64,000 nucleotides of DNA from Torpedo marmorata. Lineage: Eukaryota. Positions 63,339 to 64,000 of the stretch are shown in pieces; position 1 is the stretch's first letter; each line of letters starts with the position of its first letter. The DNA is taken from contig OZ360236.1 in NCBI GenBank assembly GCA_977017645.1, positions 50,778,001-50,842,000 on the forward strand, given 5' to 3'. The notes under the pieces were generated by a model. It worked only from the letters and a program-made list of their open reading frames with translations. It searched no databases and was not told the origin of the DNA. A program made the translations under genes and the position numbers.

Positions 63339-64000
63339 ATTCAAGATTCAAGATTCAAGATTCAATTTATTGTCATAGTAATAAGACAGTGTCATATTCC
63401 ATGAAATTTCTTTTTGCCTGCTGCAAGGCAGACAGATATGCCACCGGCAGAAATTGCCTCAGCGCCTCTAACATTCCTTACAGTCAGAGAAAGAGAAGCA
63501 AAAGAGAGTCCCCCAGAGTCACCGAGTGTCCATAGATTCGCCTCCAGCGCTTCCGCAGCCTCCGCAGCCACACAGAGTCCAATCCAAACCATGGCAACCC
63601 GAGCTCCAGATCCGAACCTCTGACACGGTCAGGGCGCCCTCGGCACCCCCTCGCATCCCGGTTCCGATACCTGGTACTCCTACAGCCAGTTCGAGCCAGC
63701 CTCCAGCAGTCCGCAGCCCGGCGTGAGTCCCACGACAGCAGTCTCCAGCAGCCCACAGCCTCCGTGGGTTCCTCGCCTCGAGTCACCAGCAGCCCGCCGC
63801 ATGAACTGGTCCTTCAGCCTCAGAGCCCCTCACTGGTCCGCCGCTGTGGTCACCGTCCCGTGGGTCGTCTCCTCCGCTTCTCCTTCTCAGACGGGGGTGA
63901 TCTTCCCGTCCTCGGTGCCCTGCTCCAGTCCTCCGCTTCCCCGGAGTCTGCAGCCCCTCGTGGCTGCTGCCGGTTAAAAGGCGCTGCCATCTTGGGCGCA
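63339..64000 (-). mobile_element. CpG-rich non-autonomous retroelement abutting/inserted in L1 RT (runs off window)
   Basis: Highly similar to the 19629 and 56109 copies. Confidence 0.85.

Overview
Eukaryotic, repeat-dense vertebrate genomic DNA. The repeat complement (V-SINE, CR1, Rex1/Babar, Penelope, fish-type L1/Tx1) suggests a cartilaginous fish; this is inference. No complete host gene is evident, only one or two weak exon candidates, and almost all ORFs in the track are retroelement remnants or spurious. Main structures: (1) a ~12 kb three-level L1-in-L1-in-L1 nest (32940-44815) with readable target-site duplications (TSDs) at each level, a 2.8-kb twin-priming-type 5' inversion in the innermost copy, and a possible 3' transduction by the outer copy; (2) many Penelope-like elements with inverted terminal arms, 14-16 bp TSDs and minimal hammerhead-ribozyme motifs, including ~200-bp palindromic mini-elements and a triple-tandem hammerhead array; (3) a set of non-autonomous elements sharing a Rex1-like 3' tail (AATTTC...TGACAATAA + microsatellite): a 5S rRNA-derived SINE, a ~850-bp CpG-rich non-coding family with YY1-like motifs (5 copies) and a ~1.1-kb CpG-rich element; (4) piggyBac-like and Tigger-like MITEs. 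Coordinates were read by eye and element boundaries are approximate unless a TSD is quoted.
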